A DNA stretch of 64,000 bases, taken from assembly GCA_965238005.1 (NCBI GenBank), contig OZ250165.1, forward strand, positions 2,272,001 to 2,336,000. Direction: 5' to 3'. The DNA comes from Longimicrobiales bacterium (GTDB lineage Bacteria > Gemmatimonadota > Gemmatimonadetes > Longimicrobiales > Gaopeijiaceae). Of this stretch, positions 62,262-64,000 are shown in pieces. The position numbers and the translations under genes were made by a program. Below the pieces are notes generated by a model that searched no databases, was not told the DNA's origin, and saw nothing but the letters and a program-made list of their open reading frames with translations. The first letter of the stretch is position 1, and every line of letters begins with the position of its first letter.

Positions 62262-63862
62262 GAGTCTGCGCCGCAGAAGCACAGCTGACTGAGCCGAATG
62301 GTCATCGAGCCGTCCGCGGCGAGGCGGATCCGGGTGATTGGGAGGTTGAGGACTTGTGTCTGCGACGGATCGGGAGAGCGGAATGGATGCGTTGGGGGGG
62401 CAAGAGAGCTACGAGAGCCCTCGCGCCGGCAGATGCGGGTGAACCCTCGTGCAGTCATGCCGCCTGAAGGGTGTGCAGCCGCTTCACATTGAGTGCCAGG
62501 CACACGAGGGTCCACTCGGCCCGGACCTTCTCGAGGCCCCGGAAGCTGAATCGTCGAAAGCCCATCACTTCCTTGATCCAGCCGATGGGCGCCTCGGCCT
62601 GCGACTTTCGCCGTGCGTAGCGTCTGCGGCCATCTTCGCTCGCCAGCTTCTCCGCCATGCGGACTTTCGCCGGATATTCCTCCTTGTCAACCGTGGGGGC
62701 GGCCTTGCCCTCCCGGGCCAGCGCCACATACCCGTCGATGTCTCGCTCTTCCAGTTCCTCGAGATCCCGCTCGTTGCAATAGCCCGTGTCCGCCAGCACC
62801 TGCGCCGGCGTCTCGCCGTACGCTTGCGCCACCGCGTCGACCATGGGCACCAGCTGGCCCTGGTCGCTCGCGTTGTCCGTCACCTCGGCCCCGACCACCA
62901 GCTGGTTCTCCCCCTCCACGACCGTCTGTGCGTTGTAGCACTGCTGGAACCCCTCCGAACTCGTCTTCATGATCCGGCTCTCAGGGTCCGTGAAGTTGCT
63001 CTGCGCCGCCTCGTCCGGCTCTCCGTACTCCCGCTTGTAGGGCCTGCCGCCCTTCGGGTTGCGCGTCTGCCCCGGCTTGCGGCCCCGTGCGTCGTCCGCC
63101 GCTCTCTGCTCGGCTTCCAGGCGCGCCTTCGCCTCCCGGATCGCCGCCAGCCGGTCCTCGCGCCGCTTGAGCTCCTCCGGCACCTCGTCTCCGCATGCTT
63201 CCTCGCCGTAGCGCTCGTCTTCCGCTTCGTCCACCGCCTCGGCCCTCTCCAACAGCCCCCGGATCTCCGCCTCCAGCCGAGGCTCCCCGGTCACCATCCG
63301 GCCGTAGCTCATCGCCTTGCGCTTGTTCGCGTTCGCCCGAACCTTCGTCCCGTCCACCGACACCCTGCCAAGCCCCGCCAGCCCCAAGGCCCGCGCGAGC
63401 ATCACCACCTCCACAAACACCGCCCGGAAATCCCCGAGATGGCGCTTGCGGAACTCGCACAGCGTCCGGTGCTTCGGGAAGTTCTCCGCCGCCAGCATCC
63501 GAAACGCGACATCCTCCTCCAGCTTCCTCGCCATCTTCCGCGACGAGAAGGTGCCCGTCGCATACGCGTAGATCAGCACCTTGACCATCATCCGAGGGTC
63601 GTACGGCGAGTTGCGCCGCCCGTCCCCCCGGTACCGCCCGTAGAACGCGCTCAGCTCCACCGCGTCCACCAGGTCGCTCACATGGTGCGCCAAATGACCC
63701 TCCGACACCCACTCCCGAAGATCCGGAGGCAGCAACAACATCTGCTCCGGATCGTACGGTCGAAATGTCGTTCCCATTCACCCCCCTCGGTGATCCGCAA
63801 GCCTTCCCAATGCCTTCGCTACCACCAAAGATAGCCGCCGCAGGGTTCTGCGGCGCAGACTC
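62262..63862 (-). mobile_element. IS1182-family insertion sequence (about 1.6 kb) with 17-bp TIR and CTAG target duplication
   Basis: CTAG-gagtctgcgccgcagaa ... ttctgcggcgcagactc-CTAG. Confidence 0.93.
62455..63777 (-). CDS. IS1182-family DDE transposase
   Basis: PYDPRMMVKVLIYAY...SSRK, VDGTKVRANA, NFTDPESRIM, YNAQ, LADTGY, R....E..IG..K...GFRRF..RG. Confidence 0.95.
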   Translation of the reverse strand: MGTTFRPYDPEQMLLLPPDLREWVSEGHLAHHVSDLVDAVELSAFYGRYRGDGRRNSPYDPRMMVKVLIYAYATGTFSSRKMARKLEEDVAFRMLAAENFPKHRTLCEFRKRHLGDFRAVFVEVVMLARALGLAGLGRVSVDGTKVRANANKRKAMSYGRMVTGEPRLEAEIRGLLERAEAVDEAEDERYGEEACGDEVPEELKRREDRLAAIREAKARLEAEQRAADDARGRKPGQTRNPKGGRPYKREYGEPDEAAQSNFTDPESRIMKTSSEGFQQCYNAQTVVEGENQLVVGAEVTDNASDQGQLVPMVDAVAQAYGETPAQVLADTGYCNERDLEELEERDIDGYVALAREGKAAPTVDKEEYPAKVRMAEKLASEDGRRRYARRKSQAEAPIGWIKEVMGFRRFSFRGLEKVRAEWTLVCLALNVKRLHTLQAA

Positions 63863-63896
63863 CTAGCTGACGCTCGATGGCGTAGCGGCCCTCTAG

Positions 63897-64000
63897 GAGT
63901 CTGCGCCGCAGAAGCACAGCTGACTGAGCCGAATGGTCATCGAGCCGTCCGCGGCGAGGCGGATCCGGGTGATTGGGAGGTTGAGGACTTGTGTCTGCGA
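63897..64000 (-). mobile_element. Second copy of the same IS1182 end, running off the window
   Basis: Identical to 62262-62365 and preceded by CTAG (63893-63896). Confidence 0.9.

Overview
GC-rich bacterial chromosomal segment. Gene content and protein style suggest Gemmatimonadota, which is an inference only. Most of the window is housekeeping: dacB, moeA, etfAB, mpg, aroB, PBP1A, nucleoside salvage genes, ruvX-mltG-thiE, a complete F1Fo ATP synthase operon, pilD, thiD, dnaK, degP, tRNA-Leu-tig-clpP-clpX-lon-engB, a sigma54 activator, mog, gcvT and hslU. Three things stand out. (1) At 1-5 kb an AraC-type regulator, a tiny lipoprotein-signal peptide ending in tandem heptapeptide repeats, and a GAF+TPR protein sit together like a peptide-signalling module. 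The peptide gene (1-nt frameshift) and the TPR gene (in-frame TGA) both look damaged here. (2) A family of at least 6 short structured non-coding elements, plus remnants, shares core motifs but carries interchangeable ~17-bp terminal inverted repeats. They insert mostly at YTAG sites, often stop codons, and stack with a CTAG-targeting IS1182 present as two near-tandem copies upstream of hslU. (3) Regulatory signals are readable: a Rex-type operator over the atp promoter, and a sigma54 -24/-12 site with two GCCA-N3-TGGC boxes upstream of dnaK. Start codons were refined by eye from the ORF track and are approximate where noted.
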